Positions 1-9,327 of a stretch of DNA of 38,659 bases are shown here, piece after piece. Origin of the DNA: Anaerolineales bacterium (GTDB lineage: Bacteria > Chloroflexota > Anaerolineae > Anaerolineales > Villigracilaceae); NCBI GenBank assembly GCA_049792555.1, contig JBARBA010000557.1:1-38659 (forward strand), given 5' to 3'. Below the pieces are notes generated by a model. The model was given only the letters and a program-made list of their open reading frames with translations. It searched no databases and had not been told where the DNA came from. How positions within the stretch are numbered: the stretch's first letter is position 1; each line of letters begins with the position of its first letter. A program made the position numbers and the translations under genes.

Positions 1-2529
1 GGCCAGGTTCGTACCTGTTCCGGGGGTGGGGGTGCGTGTCGGGGTCAGCGTCGGGCCGGAGGTGGGGGTGGATGTGCGCGTGGGGGTGGAGGTGCGCGTG
101 GGAGTCGGGCCGGTAGGGGTTGGGGTGGTTGTGCGGGTCGGCGTTGCGGTCGGGCCGCCGCAGCGGTCGGCGGGGCAGGCTGGCAGGCCGGAGACGGCCT
201 GGCTGGTCAGATTGACGCTGGCGGAGGTCAGGCCGGAGCCGCTGGCCGTCAGGGTGATCGTTCCGGCCGCGCGGCCCGAACGCACCCAGGTGGCCAGTTG
301 GCCACCCTTCATCGTCACGGAAGTGGGGCCGACGATGGTTCCGGGGCCGCTGATGCTCAGAGTGACGGTGTGGCTGTCGGTCGGGACAACCGTCCCGTTG
401 GCGTCGACCACGTCGATGAAGACCAGGCGCGCGTCGCTCAGGTCGGCTTGCAGGGTGGCAGCTTCGGGGCGCAGGCGCAGGGCGGTTGCCGTCCCTGGCG
501 TCTGACGGCTGGTGGTGGCCTTGACCACGCCGCCGATCAGGCAGTCGGCGCGCAGGGTGCCGGCGGTGAAGCTGCTCAGGCTAAAGTTGAAGGGCGGATG
601 CGCCAGGTTGGTGCCGGTATCCGGCGAACGGGTGGAGGAAAGGGTTCCGTTCAGGTAGAGCGAGACTTGTGCGCAGTTGCTGTAGACGCGCACCGTCGTC
701 GGCGAACTGGACATCCACTGGTTGGCGATGTAAACCATCGGCCCGGAATCCACGCCGCTGACGGTTACGTTCGGGTCGCGCTGGCTCTGGAAGAAGTAGT
801 AGGAATGCTTGGGCAGGCGATACATGTCCACAACGCCGGAGCGGGTGATGCCATAGCTGGTGAAACCGCCGTAGTCGGCGTAATCCCAGTAGCCATCGGC
901 GGTGAACCAACTGAGGGCCAGGTTCTTGCTCATGCCGTCCTGGATGTTGTTGGCCTGGGTCAGCATGGCGTTGTCGCCGTCCTCGCGCTTCTGGCGGCTG
1001 GTGGAACTGGAACCGCCGTAATCCCAATCGCCGTACTCGCTGATGATGATCGGGCGCGTGTCGCTGGAGGTGCGCACGCTGGCCTGGGACGACCCGATGA
1101 AGATGTCGGAGTAGGTTAACGACCACTGCGCTGCGAAGGCCTGGTTGCCCGGATATTCGGCGTGGACGATGCTGTTGGCCGCCTGCGCCCACGCAGCCGG
1201 GAAGTTCGATTCGTTCAGGCTGTCTTCCCAGGCCACCACACTGGGGTGGTTGCGGTCGCGGCGGATCATGTCGCGCAGTTCCTGGTAGGTGAAGTTGTTG
1301 AAGTTGGTGGTGTTGTTGTACTGCTGCCAGCCGGTTTGCTCGTCCATCACCAAAATGCCCAGCTTGTCGGCGGCGTCGTAAAAGGCCGGGTCGTGCGGGT
1401 AGTGGGAGCCGCGGATCCAGGTCATGCCGGCGTCGCGGATGCGTTTCAGGTCATAGTAAATGGACTGGTTGGGGATGGCGTTGCCCAGGCCAAAAATCTC
1501 CTGGTGATAGTTCGTCCCCATTGCCTTGAAGCGTGCGCCGTTGATGGTCAGCCCGCCGCTGTGGCTCCAGCCGATGCTGCGGATGCCGATGGTGGTCTTG
1601 TAATTATCCACGGCGGTGGAGCCGTTGTTGACGGTGGTGTAAAGGGTATACAGGTTGGGCGTGTTGGGATGCCACAACTGCGGGCTCGAGATGGTGATGT
1701 TCTGGTTGAAGGTCAGGTTGGCCGCCGCGTTGATGGAGCTGGTGGTGGTGGCCGTGCCTGCCACGTTCCCGGCCGAGTCGACGATATCCGATACGACGGT
1801 GGCGCTGATGGCGGCGGTGTTTTCGTTGATGACGTTGGTCAGGATGTTGACGGTCGCCGAGCTTGTGCTGACCGAGGGATAGGTGACAAAGACGCCGCCG
1901 CCCGCGACGATGTTGGCGTAGACGGCGTCGGTGACGTGCAGTTTGTCGGTGACGTACATGTGAACGTCGCGGTACAGGCCGCCGTGATATTGAAAGTCCA
2001 CGCCGCTCCAGCCGGGGGCCCAGTTGGCGTTGGCGTTGTTGTCGATTTTGACGGCGATGACGTTGTCGGCCCCGCCGTAGGTGACAGCGCTGGTCAGGTC
2101 AATCGTAAAGGGCGTGTACCCGCCGTTATGGGTAGCCACCGAAACGCCGTTGACCCATACCTGCGCGGTCTGCATGGCAGCTTCGAATTCGACCCATAGC
2201 TTGCGGCCCTGGTAGGCGCTATCGACCGTGAAGTGTTTGCGGTACCAACTGATGCCCAGCAGGGCGTTGGGGTCGTCGGGGGTGACGAATTTGGTGGTGT
2301 GGGGCAGGTCGACGTAGGTCCAGGCCGTGTCGTTGAAGGCGGTGGCTTGCGCGCCGCTGACGTCGCCCTGGTTGTATTTCCAATCGGTGTTGAAGATCAG
2401 GTCCACGCGGTTGGTGGTCGGCGGGGTGTAGGCCGCCTTGGCGGATGGGATATTCTGGAGAGTTAGCGCTGCGATGGCGATGATGGTGAGAAGAATTCCC
2501 AATGCGGAAAGGTATTGCGTGCGTTTCAT
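1..2529 (-). CDS. Secreted glycoside hydrolase family 2 (beta-galactosidase/beta-mannosidase-like), 3'-partial (C-terminus beyond window start)
   Basis: Missing from the ORF track because it has no stop in the window. Reverse translation from the ATG (rc of 2527-2529, AAGGAG 9 nt upstream) is open for 843 codons to position 1. It begins MKRTQYLSALGILLTIIAIAAL (signal peptide). GH2-type motifs present: GISWYRKHF, NHPSVVAWEDSLNES and IIISEYGDW. A C-terminal Ig-like part is followed by a PT-rich linker (PTATPTRTTTPTPTGPTPTRTSTPT...) that runs off the edge. The G/V-rich plus-strand ORFs here are antisense artefacts. Confidence 0.85.
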   Translation of the reverse strand, partial: MKRTQYLSALGILLTIIAIAALTLQNIPSAKAAYTPPTTNRVDLIFNTDWKYNQGDVSGAQATAFNDTAWTYVDLPHTTKFVTPDDPNALLGISWYRKHFTVDSAYQGRKLWVEFEAAMQTAQVWVNGVSVATHNGGYTPFTIDLTSAVTYGGADNVIAVKIDNNANANWAPGWSGVDFQYHGGLYRDVHMYVTDKLHVTDAVYANIVAGGGVFVTYPSVSTSSATVNILTNVINENTAAISATVVSDIVDSAGNVAGTATTTSSINAAANLTFNQNITISSPQLWHPNTPNLYTLYTTVNNGSTAVDNYKTTIGIRSIGWSHSGGLTINGARFKAMGTNYHQEIFGLGNAIPNQSIYYDLKRIRDAGMTWIRGSHYPHDPAFYDAADKLGILVMDEQTGWQQYNNTTNFNNFTYQELRDMIRRDRNHPSVVAWEDSLNESNFPAAWAQAANSIVHAEYPGNQAFAAQWSLTYSDIFIGSSQASVRTSSDTRPIIISEYGDWDYGGSSSTSRQKREDGDNAMLTQANNIQDGMSKNLALSWFTADGYWDYADYGGFTSYGITRSGVVDMYRLPKHSYYFFQSQRDPNVTVSGVDSGPMVYIANQWMSSSPTTVRVYSNCAQVSLYLNGTLSSTRSPDTGTNLAHPPFNFSLSSFTAGTLRADCLIGGVVKATTSRQTPGTATALRLRPEAATLQADLSDARLVFIDVVDANGTVVPTDSHTVTLSISGPGTIVGPTSVTMKGGQLATWVRSGRAAGTITLTASGSGLTSASVNLTSQAVSGLPACPADRCGGPTATPTRTTTPTPTGPTPTRTSTPTRTSTPTSGPTLTPTRTPTPGTGTNLA

Positions 2530-2867
2530 AAGTGTTTTCTCCTTGTGAAAGAATGAGGATGAATGGCCTATCTTATTAGAGACGAAAACGCTTTGGCTTG
2601 ACTCCGGCTTGACTCTAGAAAATCGCAGTTTTGGATGGGCGCAAAGGTTATTTCATTATATGTTTTATCGTTGGGGTTGTCTTGCCTGCAAGCAGGATGT
2701 TTTTGATGATTACCGGGATGGGAAGCAAAAGATACAAGCAGGCCAGGGGCGGTTGTTTCCTAAATCGCGTATGTTGGGCGGTGGGCAGCGTGAGCGCGCG
2801 GGCAATTTTCTTAAGTAACGCTAATCAAAAGCCACATAAATCCGGGATGGTTCCATCCCATGTGACA

Positions 2868-2873
2868 TATAAT
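2868..2873 (+). promoter_or_regulatory. Candidate -10 box (TATAAT) upstream of hemB, preceded by a 16-bp palindrome
   Basis: Perfect TATAAT lies 74 nt before the hemB ATG. The palindrome GGGATGG-TT-CCATCCC sits at 2844-2859, where a -35 element would be. No good -35 hexamer is present. Confidence 0.3.
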
Positions 2874-2946
2874 GAATTATTTGCGGATTTCCTTTTTCTG
2901 TATGGCCTATTGATTTTAGATTTACGATTATTTATGCGAGGTCTAT

Positions 2947-4017
2947 ATGCCCCAAAAAACGCCAGTCAATCGTCGATCCCCTACGGGAACAAGCTCGTCA
3001 AGCGTCAGCAGTCAATCGTCAATCCCTTACGGGGACAAGCTCCAAAATCGTCAATCCATCCGTCCGCGCCGTTTGCGGACTTCGCCGGGTATCCGCGCGA
3101 TGGTGCGCGAGACGGAGTTGAACGCCCGCGACTTCATTTATCCGCTGTTCGTGCGGCATGGTTCGGGGCGGACGGAAATCCGCTCGATGCCGGGCATCAG
3201 CCAGTTATCGGTGGATGAAGCCGTGCGCGAAGCGGAGTCGGCTTTCAGCCTGGGAATCCCGTCCGTTATTTTGTTTGGCATTCCGGCGGAGAAAGATGCG
3301 ATTGGGCTGGAGAACTTTGCCGATAACGGGATCGTTCAACAGGCGATCAAGGCCATTAAACGGAACATTCCAGAAATGGTTGTGGTGACGGACGTGTGCC
3401 TGTGCGAGTACACCGATCACGGGCACTGCGGCATTTTGGGCGCGGACGGTTATGTGCTGAACGACCCGACGCTCGAAGTGCTCGGTAAGGTGGCGCTTTC
3501 GCACGCCGAATGCGGCGCGGACATTGTGGCCCCATCGGGCATGATGGACGGCATGGTGGTGGCCATCCGCGCGGCGCTGGACGGGAAGGGCTTTGTGAAT
3601 ACGCTGATCCTGTCGTATGCGGTCAAATATGCTTCGGCGTTTTATGGGCCGTTCCGCGACGCGGCGGAGGGCGCGCCCAAGTTTGGCGACCGCAAGAGTC
3701 ACCAGATGGACCCCGGTAACGCGCGCGAGGCGCTGCGCGAAGCGGCGTTGGACGTGGCCGAAGGCGCGGATATGCTGATGGTCAAACCGGCGCTGGCCTA
3801 CCTGGACGTGGTCCGCGCCGTGAAAGAGGCCTTCCCCGAACTGCCGCTGGCGGCCTACAACGTCAGCGGCGAGTATGCCATGATTAAGGCCGCCGCCGCC
3901 AACGGCTGGATCGACGAGGCCAAAGTGACGCTCGAAACGTTGACCGGCATGAAGCGCGCCGGGGCCGATTTGATTTTGACCTATCATGCGCTGGATGCGG
4001 TGAAGTGGTTGAAGTGA
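2947..4017 (+). CDS. hemB: Porphobilinogen synthase (delta-aminolevulinate dehydratase), Zn-type
   Basis: [32 protein letters not shown]-terminal signature; cysteine-rich Zn site [14 protein letters not shown]; [11 protein letters not shown]. The first roughly 35 codons derive from a non-codon-phased DNA repeat, so the start is uncertain, but there is no alternative in-frame ATG/GTG before the conserved RPRRLR. Confidence 0.93.
   Translation: MPQKTPVNRRSPTGTSSSSVSSQSSIPYGDKLQNRQSIRPRRLRTSPGIRAMVRETELNARDFIYPLFVRHGSGRTEIRSMPGISQLSVDEAVREAESAFSLGIPSVILFGIPAEKDAIGLENFADNGIVQQAIKAIKRNIPEMVVVTDVCLCEYTDHGHCGILGADGYVLNDPTLEVLGKVALSHAECGADIVAPSGMMDGMVVAIRAALDGKGFVNTLILSYAVKYASAFYGPFRDAAEGAPKFGDRKSHQMDPGNAREALREAALDVAEGADMLMVKPALAYLDVVRAVKEAFPELPLAAYNVSGEYAMIKAAAANGWIDEAKVTLETLTGMKRAGADLILTYHALDAVKWLK
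2963..3060 (+). repeat. Direct repeat, 2 full units (2963-2996, 3009-3042; period 46 nt) plus a partial third, inside the 5' end of the hemB ORF
   Basis: The two units are CAGTCAATCGTCGATCCCCTACGGGAACAAGCTC and CAGTCAATCGTCAATCCCTTACGGGGACAAGCTC. The submotif AATCGTC(A/G)ATCC occurs three times (2968, 3014, 3046). Confidence 0.85.
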
Positions 4018-4098
4018 TTCGTATTGCGTAGAGCGTATTGCGCATTGCGCCAACGAACACGCGCCCCAAATGTACTATTTTCTAACCTCGAGGCTTCC

Positions 4099-5382
4099 AT
4101 GCACATCCCCAAATCCATCGAACTCTTCCGGCAAGCCCAAAGCCTGATCCCCGGCGGCGTGGATTCGCCGGTGCGCGCTTTCCGCGCGGTGGGCGGACAG
4201 CCGCTGTTTATCGAGCGCGGCGCTGGGCCGTATCTCTACGATGTGGACGGCAATCGCTTCATCGATTATGTGCTTTCGTGGGGGCCGCTGATCCTGGGGC
4301 ACGCGCACCCGGATGTGGTTGTGGCGTTGCAAAGAGCTACCGAGAAAGGCACTTCCTTCGGCGCGCCCAGCCCGCTGGAAGTGGAGCTGGCCCAACTGGT
4401 GACGGAAATGATGCCCAACATCGAAATGATCCGTTTTGTCAATTCGGGCACCGAGGCCACCATGAGCGCGCTGCGTTTGGCGCGCGCCTTCACCCGGCGC
4501 GACAAGATCGTCAAGTTCGAAGGCTGCTATCACGGCCATGCCGATCTGTTGCTGGTGCAGGCCGGCTCCGGCGTGGCGACGTTGGGGTTGCCCGATTCGC
4601 CCGGCGTGCCGGCTGCCACAGTGGCCGATACGCTGGTGGCGCGCTATAACGATTCAGACGCGGTAGCGGCGCTCTTCGCGCAGTACCCCGGTCAGATTGC
4701 GGCGGTCATTGTCGAGCCGGTGGCGGGCAACATGGGCGTCGTGCCGCCTGCAGAGGGCTTCCTGCAAAACCTGCGAAATATTACTGCCGAGAACGGTGCG
4801 CTGCTGATCTTCGACGAGGTGATGACCGGTTTCCGCGTCCATCTGGGCGGGGCGCAGGCGCTCTACGGCGTCAAGCCTGACCTGACGGCGCTGGGCAAGG
4901 TCATCGGTGGTGGGTTGCCGGTGGGCGCGTATGGCGGGCGGCGCGAGATCATGCAAATGGTGGCTCCCGCCGGGCCAATGTACCAGGCCGGGACGCTGGC
5001 GGGTAATCCGCTGGCGATGACGGCCGGCATCGTGACGCTCAAGCGGCTCCAGTCGCGGGACACGTGGCAGGAACTGGAAAAGGCCGCAGCCGCGCTGGAA
5101 ACGGGGATCGCTACAGCGGCGCAAAAAGCCGGTGTAACGGTGCAACAGACACGGGTGGGGACGATGTTTACCACCTTTTTTAGCGGGACCAGGCCCACCA
5201 ACTGGGAAACTGTCAAAACGGTGGATACCGTCCGCTTCGGGAAGTTTTTCCAAAAAATGCTCGAAAATGGCGTCTACCTGGCCCCTTCGCAGTTCGAAGC
5301 CGGTTTTATTTCGACGGCCCACACCGCCGAAGTCATCGCCGCGACGGTTGCGGCGGCGGAGAGGGCGTTTGTGGGGATTTGA
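4099..5382 (+). CDS. hemL: Glutamate-1-semialdehyde 2,1-aminomutase
   Basis: [28 protein letters not shown]..., [18 protein letters not shown] and FDEVMTGFR. Start placed at ATG 4099 (GAGG 5 nt upstream) rather than the track start at 4024. Confidence 0.94.
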   Translation: MHIPKSIELFRQAQSLIPGGVDSPVRAFRAVGGQPLFIERGAGPYLYDVDGNRFIDYVLSWGPLILGHAHPDVVVALQRATEKGTSFGAPSPLEVELAQLVTEMMPNIEMIRFVNSGTEATMSALRLARAFTRRDKIVKFEGCYHGHADLLLVQAGSGVATLGLPDSPGVPAATVADTLVARYNDSDAVAALFAQYPGQIAAVIVEPVAGNMGVVPPAEGFLQNLRNITAENGALLIFDEVMTGFRVHLGGAQALYGVKPDLTALGKVIGGGLPVGAYGGRREIMQMVAPAGPMYQAGTLAGNPLAMTAGIVTLKRLQSRDTWQELEKAAAALETGIATAAQKAGVTVQQTRVGTMFTTFFSGTRPTNWETVKTVDTVRFGKFFQKMLENGVYLAPSQFEAGFISTAHTAEVIAATVAAAERAFVGI

Positions 5383-5414
5383 TGGTGCGCTTGGCGCGAG
5401 TTGAACGAAGTCCA

Positions 5415-5470
5415 TATTGCGTGTTGCGTGTCCCGTTTCATAGGTTTACGGAATACGCAACACGCAATAT
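5415..5470. terminator. Long imperfect hairpin between convergent hemL and the ABC exporter (REP-like, probable bidirectional terminator)
   Basis: Arms are ATATTGCGTGTTGCGTGTCCCGT and ACGGAATACGCAACACGCAATAT (about 23 nt, 2 mismatches) around an 11-nt loop. The hairpin ends one base before the ABC gene stop codon. Confidence 0.6.
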
Positions 5471-5471
5471 T

Positions 5472-7247
5472 TTAACTGCCCTGCATTGTATTCAACCGCG
5501 CATACAACCCGCCGCGCGCCATCAATTCGGTGTGCGTGCCGATTTCGGTCATGGCCCCGTCGTCCAGCACGACGATGCGGCTGGCGTTGCGGATGGTGGA
5601 TAGGCGGTGCGCCACGACGAAGGTCGTGCGTCCGCGCATCAGCCGCGCCAGCGCTTCCTGGATCAGGCTCTCGCTTTCGGTGTCGAGCGCCGAGGTGGCT
5701 TCGTCGAGCACCAGCACTTTGGGGTTGCGGATCAGGGCGCGGGTGATTGCCAGGCGCTGGCGCTGTCCGCCGGAGAGTTTCGCGCCGCGTTCGCCGATGT
5801 GCGTGTCCAGCCCTTCGGGGAGTTGCTCCACAAAGTCCAGCGCGTTGGCGTCGCGCAAGGCGGCCCGGATGGTTTCCTCGCTGACGCTTTTTAGCCCGTA
5901 GGTGACGTTTTCGCGCACTGTGCCTTCGAAAAGGATCGATTCCTGCGGCACAACCGACAGGAAGCGGCGATAGCTGCGCAGGTCGAGGCTTTCCATGTCT
6001 TTGCCGTCGAGCAAAATGCGCCCGGCGCTGGGCCGGATGAATCCGACCACCAGGTTGATTACGGTCGATTTGCCCGCGCCCGACGGCCCCACCAGCGCGA
6101 TGGTCTCGCCGGGGGCAACCTGTAATTGCAAGTTGTGAATGGCAGCCGCGTTGCTGTCGGGGTATTGAAAATCGACGCCGTCGAAAATGAATTCGCCGCG
6201 GACGCTTTCCACCGGTTTTTTGCCTTCGTTGTGTTCCAGGTCGGGCGATTCGAGCACTTCGCCAATCGAGCGCACCGACTCGAGACCTTTGGTGATGACC
6301 GGCATCAGCGCCACCAGCGTCATCAGTGCGCTGGTCAGGCTGCTGAAATAGCTGGACAGCATGACCACGTCGCCGGTGGTGATGGCCCCAACCCCTGTAT
6401 AAGCCGCCCAGGCTGCGGCCACCAGGCACAGCCCGTTGAAAAGGTTGAAGGTGGCCCACGATAACGAGCCAAACCAGGCGTTGATCGCGTCCAGTTCCAG
6501 TCCCACGGTCTGGAGATGCGTAAAGGTTTGCTCCATGCGCGCCATTTCGTCCTGTTCCAGGCCGTGCGCGCGCGTGATCGGGATCAGGTGGGTCATTTCA
6601 GCCGTGCGGGCTGCCATGCGCTCCACTTCTTCACGGAACATCTTGTTGCGCGAAGTCAGCCGTCCGCGCAGGCTTGTCACCAGCAGCGCGGCAACCGGCA
6701 CGACCAGCAGGAAAAACGGCAGGAAGGCCGGCGCGCGGATGGCGGTGATGACCAGCGCGCCAAGCATGTTGCTAATGGCCGCTGCGCCGCCGTCGAACAA
6801 CTGGCGCACCATCTGTTCCAGGTTTTCCACGTCGCGCACCACCTTGGTTTGCAGCACGCCGGCGCTGATGCGCGTATAGTAGCCGATGGACAGGTGTTGC
6901 AGGCGCAGGCAGATGGCCGAGCGCAGGCGCATCTCCACCGAGCGCACCGCCAGGCTCAGGTAACGGACGTAGAAAAAATTCATCGGCACGTTTTGCAGCA
7001 GCAAGATTGCCAGCACGGCGGCGTTCAATCCCATCTGGGACAGCGGCAGGCGGTTGACCATCACGTCGATGATGTTGGCGGTCAGCAGCGGCAGGACCCA
7101 AACCGGGCTGTGCTTGACGATGAAAAGCGCCAGCGCCAACGCCAGCCTCTTGCGCTCCGGGTCGTACAAATACCATAGTGTGCGTAACGGGTGCTCACCC
7201 TGATAGCGACGTTCCAGGGGGTTTTCAAACTGATTTGAAATTGCCAT
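5472..7247 (-). CDS. ABC exporter, fused permease/ATPase (MsbA/multidrug-type)
   Basis: N-terminal 6-TM-type region; Walker A GPSGAGKST, signature LSGGQRQR, Walker B VLVLDEATSALD. Confidence 0.9.
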   Translation of the reverse strand: MAISNQFENPLERRYQGEHPLRTLWYLYDPERKRLALALALFIVKHSPVWVLPLLTANIIDVMVNRLPLSQMGLNAAVLAILLLQNVPMNFFYVRYLSLAVRSVEMRLRSAICLRLQHLSIGYYTRISAGVLQTKVVRDVENLEQMVRQLFDGGAAAISNMLGALVITAIRAPAFLPFFLLVVPVAALLVTSLRGRLTSRNKMFREEVERMAARTAEMTHLIPITRAHGLEQDEMARMEQTFTHLQTVGLELDAINAWFGSLSWATFNLFNGLCLVAAAWAAYTGVGAITTGDVVMLSSYFSSLTSALMTLVALMPVITKGLESVRSIGEVLESPDLEHNEGKKPVESVRGEFIFDGVDFQYPDSNAAAIHNLQLQVAPGETIALVGPSGAGKSTVINLVVGFIRPSAGRILLDGKDMESLDLRSYRRFLSVVPQESILFEGTVRENVTYGLKSVSEETIRAALRDANALDFVEQLPEGLDTHIGERGAKLSGGQRQRLAITRALIRNPKVLVLDEATSALDTESESLIQEALARLMRGRTTFVVAHRLSTIRNASRIVVLDDGAMTEIGTHTELMARGGLYARLNTMQGS

Positions 7248-7306
7248 TTACACAATACCTTTTTAGCGTACGCTCAGTTTGGGGTTTAACCCCAAACTGG
7301 GCAGCG

Positions 7307-8278
7307 TCAGCCACCTTCGATGAGTGTTTTACGCAGATAGGTCTCCACTTCTGCGGCAGTTCCTGCCCCCATTTCAAACCAGGCGATCTGGGGGTCGTTT
7401 TCCTTGAACCAGTTACCCTGGCGGCGCACGAAGATGCGCGTCATTTTTTTGATCTGGGTTTTGGCTTCGTCGAGCGTTATTGCGCCTTGCAGCACGGCCA
7501 CGCACTCCCGGTATCCGATGGCCGAGAGGGTCGGCAGGGTGGGGGAATAACCTTTGTCGAGCAGCGTTTGGACTTCGTTTAACAGGCCGTTGGCGAACAT
7601 CGACTCGATGCGCTGGTCGACGCGCGCATACAACTCCGGGCGCGGACGCATCAACCCGACGCTTGTCAACCGATATGGTGAGTCGGATACGCCGCCCTGG
7701 GCCGAAAAGCGCCGCCCGGTGATGAAGATCACCTCCAACGCCCGCACCGTGCGCCGGACGTTGCGCGCGTCGATCTTTTCGGCGGCGGCTGGATCGATTA
7801 CCCTTAATTTGTCGTGTAACCAATAAGGGCCGTATTCCTGCGCCAAAGCTTCCAACGCGGAACGCAGTTGCGGGTTGGGGATGACTTCGGGCGGCGTCCA
7901 GCCTTCGGTCACGGCGCGGACGTATTGTCCCGTGCCGCCCACCAGGAAGGGCAGCTTTCCGCGGCGGTGGGTGTCGTCAATCGCCTCGCGGGCGGCTGCC
8001 TGGAAAACGGACAGAGACCAGTTTTCGTCGGGGTCTGCCACGTCGATCAGGTGGTGCCGCGCCCGCGCCATTTCCGCGGCGGACGGTTTGGCCGTGCCGA
8101 TGTCCATGCCGCGATAAAACAGGCGCGAATCAGCCGAGACGATTTCCCCGTCCAGGCGCTCGGCGAGTTGGATGCCCAGTTCGGTTTTGCCGACGGCGGT
8201 GGGGCCGACGATCACGATCAGGGGAGGGCGTGCCAAAGTGTCGGGTATCCTTAACCTTTCGTGAGAAGACCCATTCAC
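7307..8278 (-). CDS. miaA: tRNA dimethylallyltransferase
   Basis: P-loop IVIVGPTAVGKT; SADSRLFYRGMDIGTAKP; full-length similarity to the MiaA layout. The GTG start overlaps the upstream gene stop (GTGA). Confidence 0.92.
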   Translation of the reverse strand: MNGSSHERLRIPDTLARPPLIVIVGPTAVGKTELGIQLAERLDGEIVSADSRLFYRGMDIGTAKPSAAEMARARHHLIDVADPDENWSLSVFQAAAREAIDDTHRRGKLPFLVGGTGQYVRAVTEGWTPPEVIPNPQLRSALEALAQEYGPYWLHDKLRVIDPAAAEKIDARNVRRTVRALEVIFITGRRFSAQGGVSDSPYRLTSVGLMRPRPELYARVDQRIESMFANGLLNEVQTLLDKGYSPTLPTLSAIGYRECVAVLQGAITLDEAKTQIKKMTRIFVRRQGNWFKENDPQIAWFEMGAGTAAEVETYLRKTLIEGG

Positions 8279-8832
8279 AGATTTACCCTTAATTCGTCAT
8301 GCGTCTGATTTTTTATCGTGCCATTTAAGACGGTTAATATTTGTCTCGTGCGTTCATTAAGCTTCCTCGGCTGACCAGATATGCTTCCAATGTTCACCCG
8401 TTCATTTGCCCTAAGAACCATGATGAATGTGACAACAACCATTCCTTCTATCACAGGCATTGGTCTTGTCTGAGAAATTACTGTGTCTACCTCGGCAAAT
8501 GAAATTTCACGGTTTCCGTTATTTATAAGTCTGGTCACAGGGTCGATTGTGATAGACCCTCTCTTTGAATTTTGGAACAAATAGAAGGTTGCCAACCCAA
8601 AAAACAGGGTGGTTGCCAATGGTTCAGCGATTGTTTCCAATTTTGGTTGACCATTGGAGTGAAAAAGGTCGATCACGTTGAAAATTATTAAGGTTACCAT
8701 ACCGAGTGTTGCCAAACCCATGCAACCAACCAATATCCACATGATGCACCATCCTCCCCCAAGCGTTATTTTTCCATCAGTGGACTTAATGAATGAGCCG
8801 TGATCCATTTTGATTTTGATTTCTGGTGACAT
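8275..8832 (-). CDS. Hypothetical membrane protein (two predicted TM helices), low G+C orphan
   Basis: 185-aa ORF with hydrophobic segments WCIMWILVGCMGLATLGMVTLIIF and TTLFFGLATFYLF. A sampled 60-nt stretch is about 40% G+C against about 60% in adjacent miaA. No recognisable motif. Confidence 0.5.
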   Translation of the reverse strand: MSPEIKIKMDHGSFIKSTDGKITLGGGWCIMWILVGCMGLATLGMVTLIIFNVIDLFHSNGQPKLETIAEPLATTLFFGLATFYLFQNSKRGSITIDPVTRLINNGNREISFAEVDTVISQTRPMPVIEGMVVVTFIMVLRANERVNIGSISGQPRKLNERTRQILTVLNGTIKNQTHDELRVNL

Positions 8833-8851
8833 TTTATTCCTTCAACGCCAA

Positions 8852-9205
8852 CTACGATAATACATTCTCAAAATGTTCAATGGATGGGGTTTTGCCGGGC
8901 TGGCCTTCAACCGCCAACACATCCGCCTGCCACGAGTCGATTTCGTGCTCGGCGGCGTAATGTTCGGCGGCGGCCAGCATGTGGGCTTGTTTGCGGGGCG
9001 TGATCGCTTCTTCGGGCAGGCCAAAGCGGCGGGACGTGCGGGTTTTGACCTCCACGAAAACGGTCAGCCCGTCGCGGCGGGCCACCAGGTCGATTTCCCC
9101 GCAGGGAGTCCGGGCGTTTTTCTCGACAATTTCATAGCCGCGTTCCTGCAAATAGGCTGCGGCCATCTCTTCGCCCCAGCGCCCGATTTTTTGGTTATGG
9201 GCCAT
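8852..9205 (-). CDS. yraN: YraN-family (UPF0102) endonuclease-like protein
   Basis: GRWGEEMAAAYLQERGYEIVEKNARTPCGEIDLVARRDGLTVFVEVKTR is the family signature. Start placed at ATG 9205 (GGAGAG upstream), because the track extension to 9262 covers a REP-like hairpin. Confidence 0.8.
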   Translation of the reverse strand: MAHNQKIGRWGEEMAAAYLQERGYEIVEKNARTPCGEIDLVARRDGLTVFVEVKTRTSRRFGLPEEAITPRKQAHMLAAAEHYAAEHEIDSWQADVLAVEGQPGKTPSIEHFENVLS

Positions 9206-9327
9206 CGCGCTCTCCACTTTTGCGGTAAATTGGTTTCCTGCGGTCTGTAGGTCGAAATTCATTTCGACTTACGGGCTGGGGTTATTATATCCTTGCTCAT
9301 GGTAGAATCGGCGCTCCAGGAGTTGAC

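Noticed and set aside
26-2466. Plus-strand ORFs 26..505, 298..1119, 1162..2199 and 2233..2466 (G/V/A/R-rich products)
   Set aside because: They are antisense to a continuous 843-codon minus-strand reading frame with clear GH2 motifs, a signal peptide and an SD. Their composition is typical of shadow ORFs in high-G+C DNA.
2609-3218. ORFs 2609..2818 and 2631..3218 in the GH2/hemB divergent region
   Set aside because: No SD and no motif. They run through promoter-like AT-rich DNA and into hemB out of frame.
5446-7178. Long alternative-frame ORFs inside the ABC exporter gene (5446..6459 -, 6516..7178 +, and others)
   Set aside because: Arg/Gly/His-rich low-complexity translations. The 591-aa frame carries the Walker A, Walker B and signature motifs.
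9206-9262. yraN N-terminal extension (MNFDLQTAGNQFTAKVESA)
   Set aside because: The region is a REP-like hairpin related to the MITE core and has no SD at 9262, whereas ATG 9205 has GGAGAG upstream and matches the family length.
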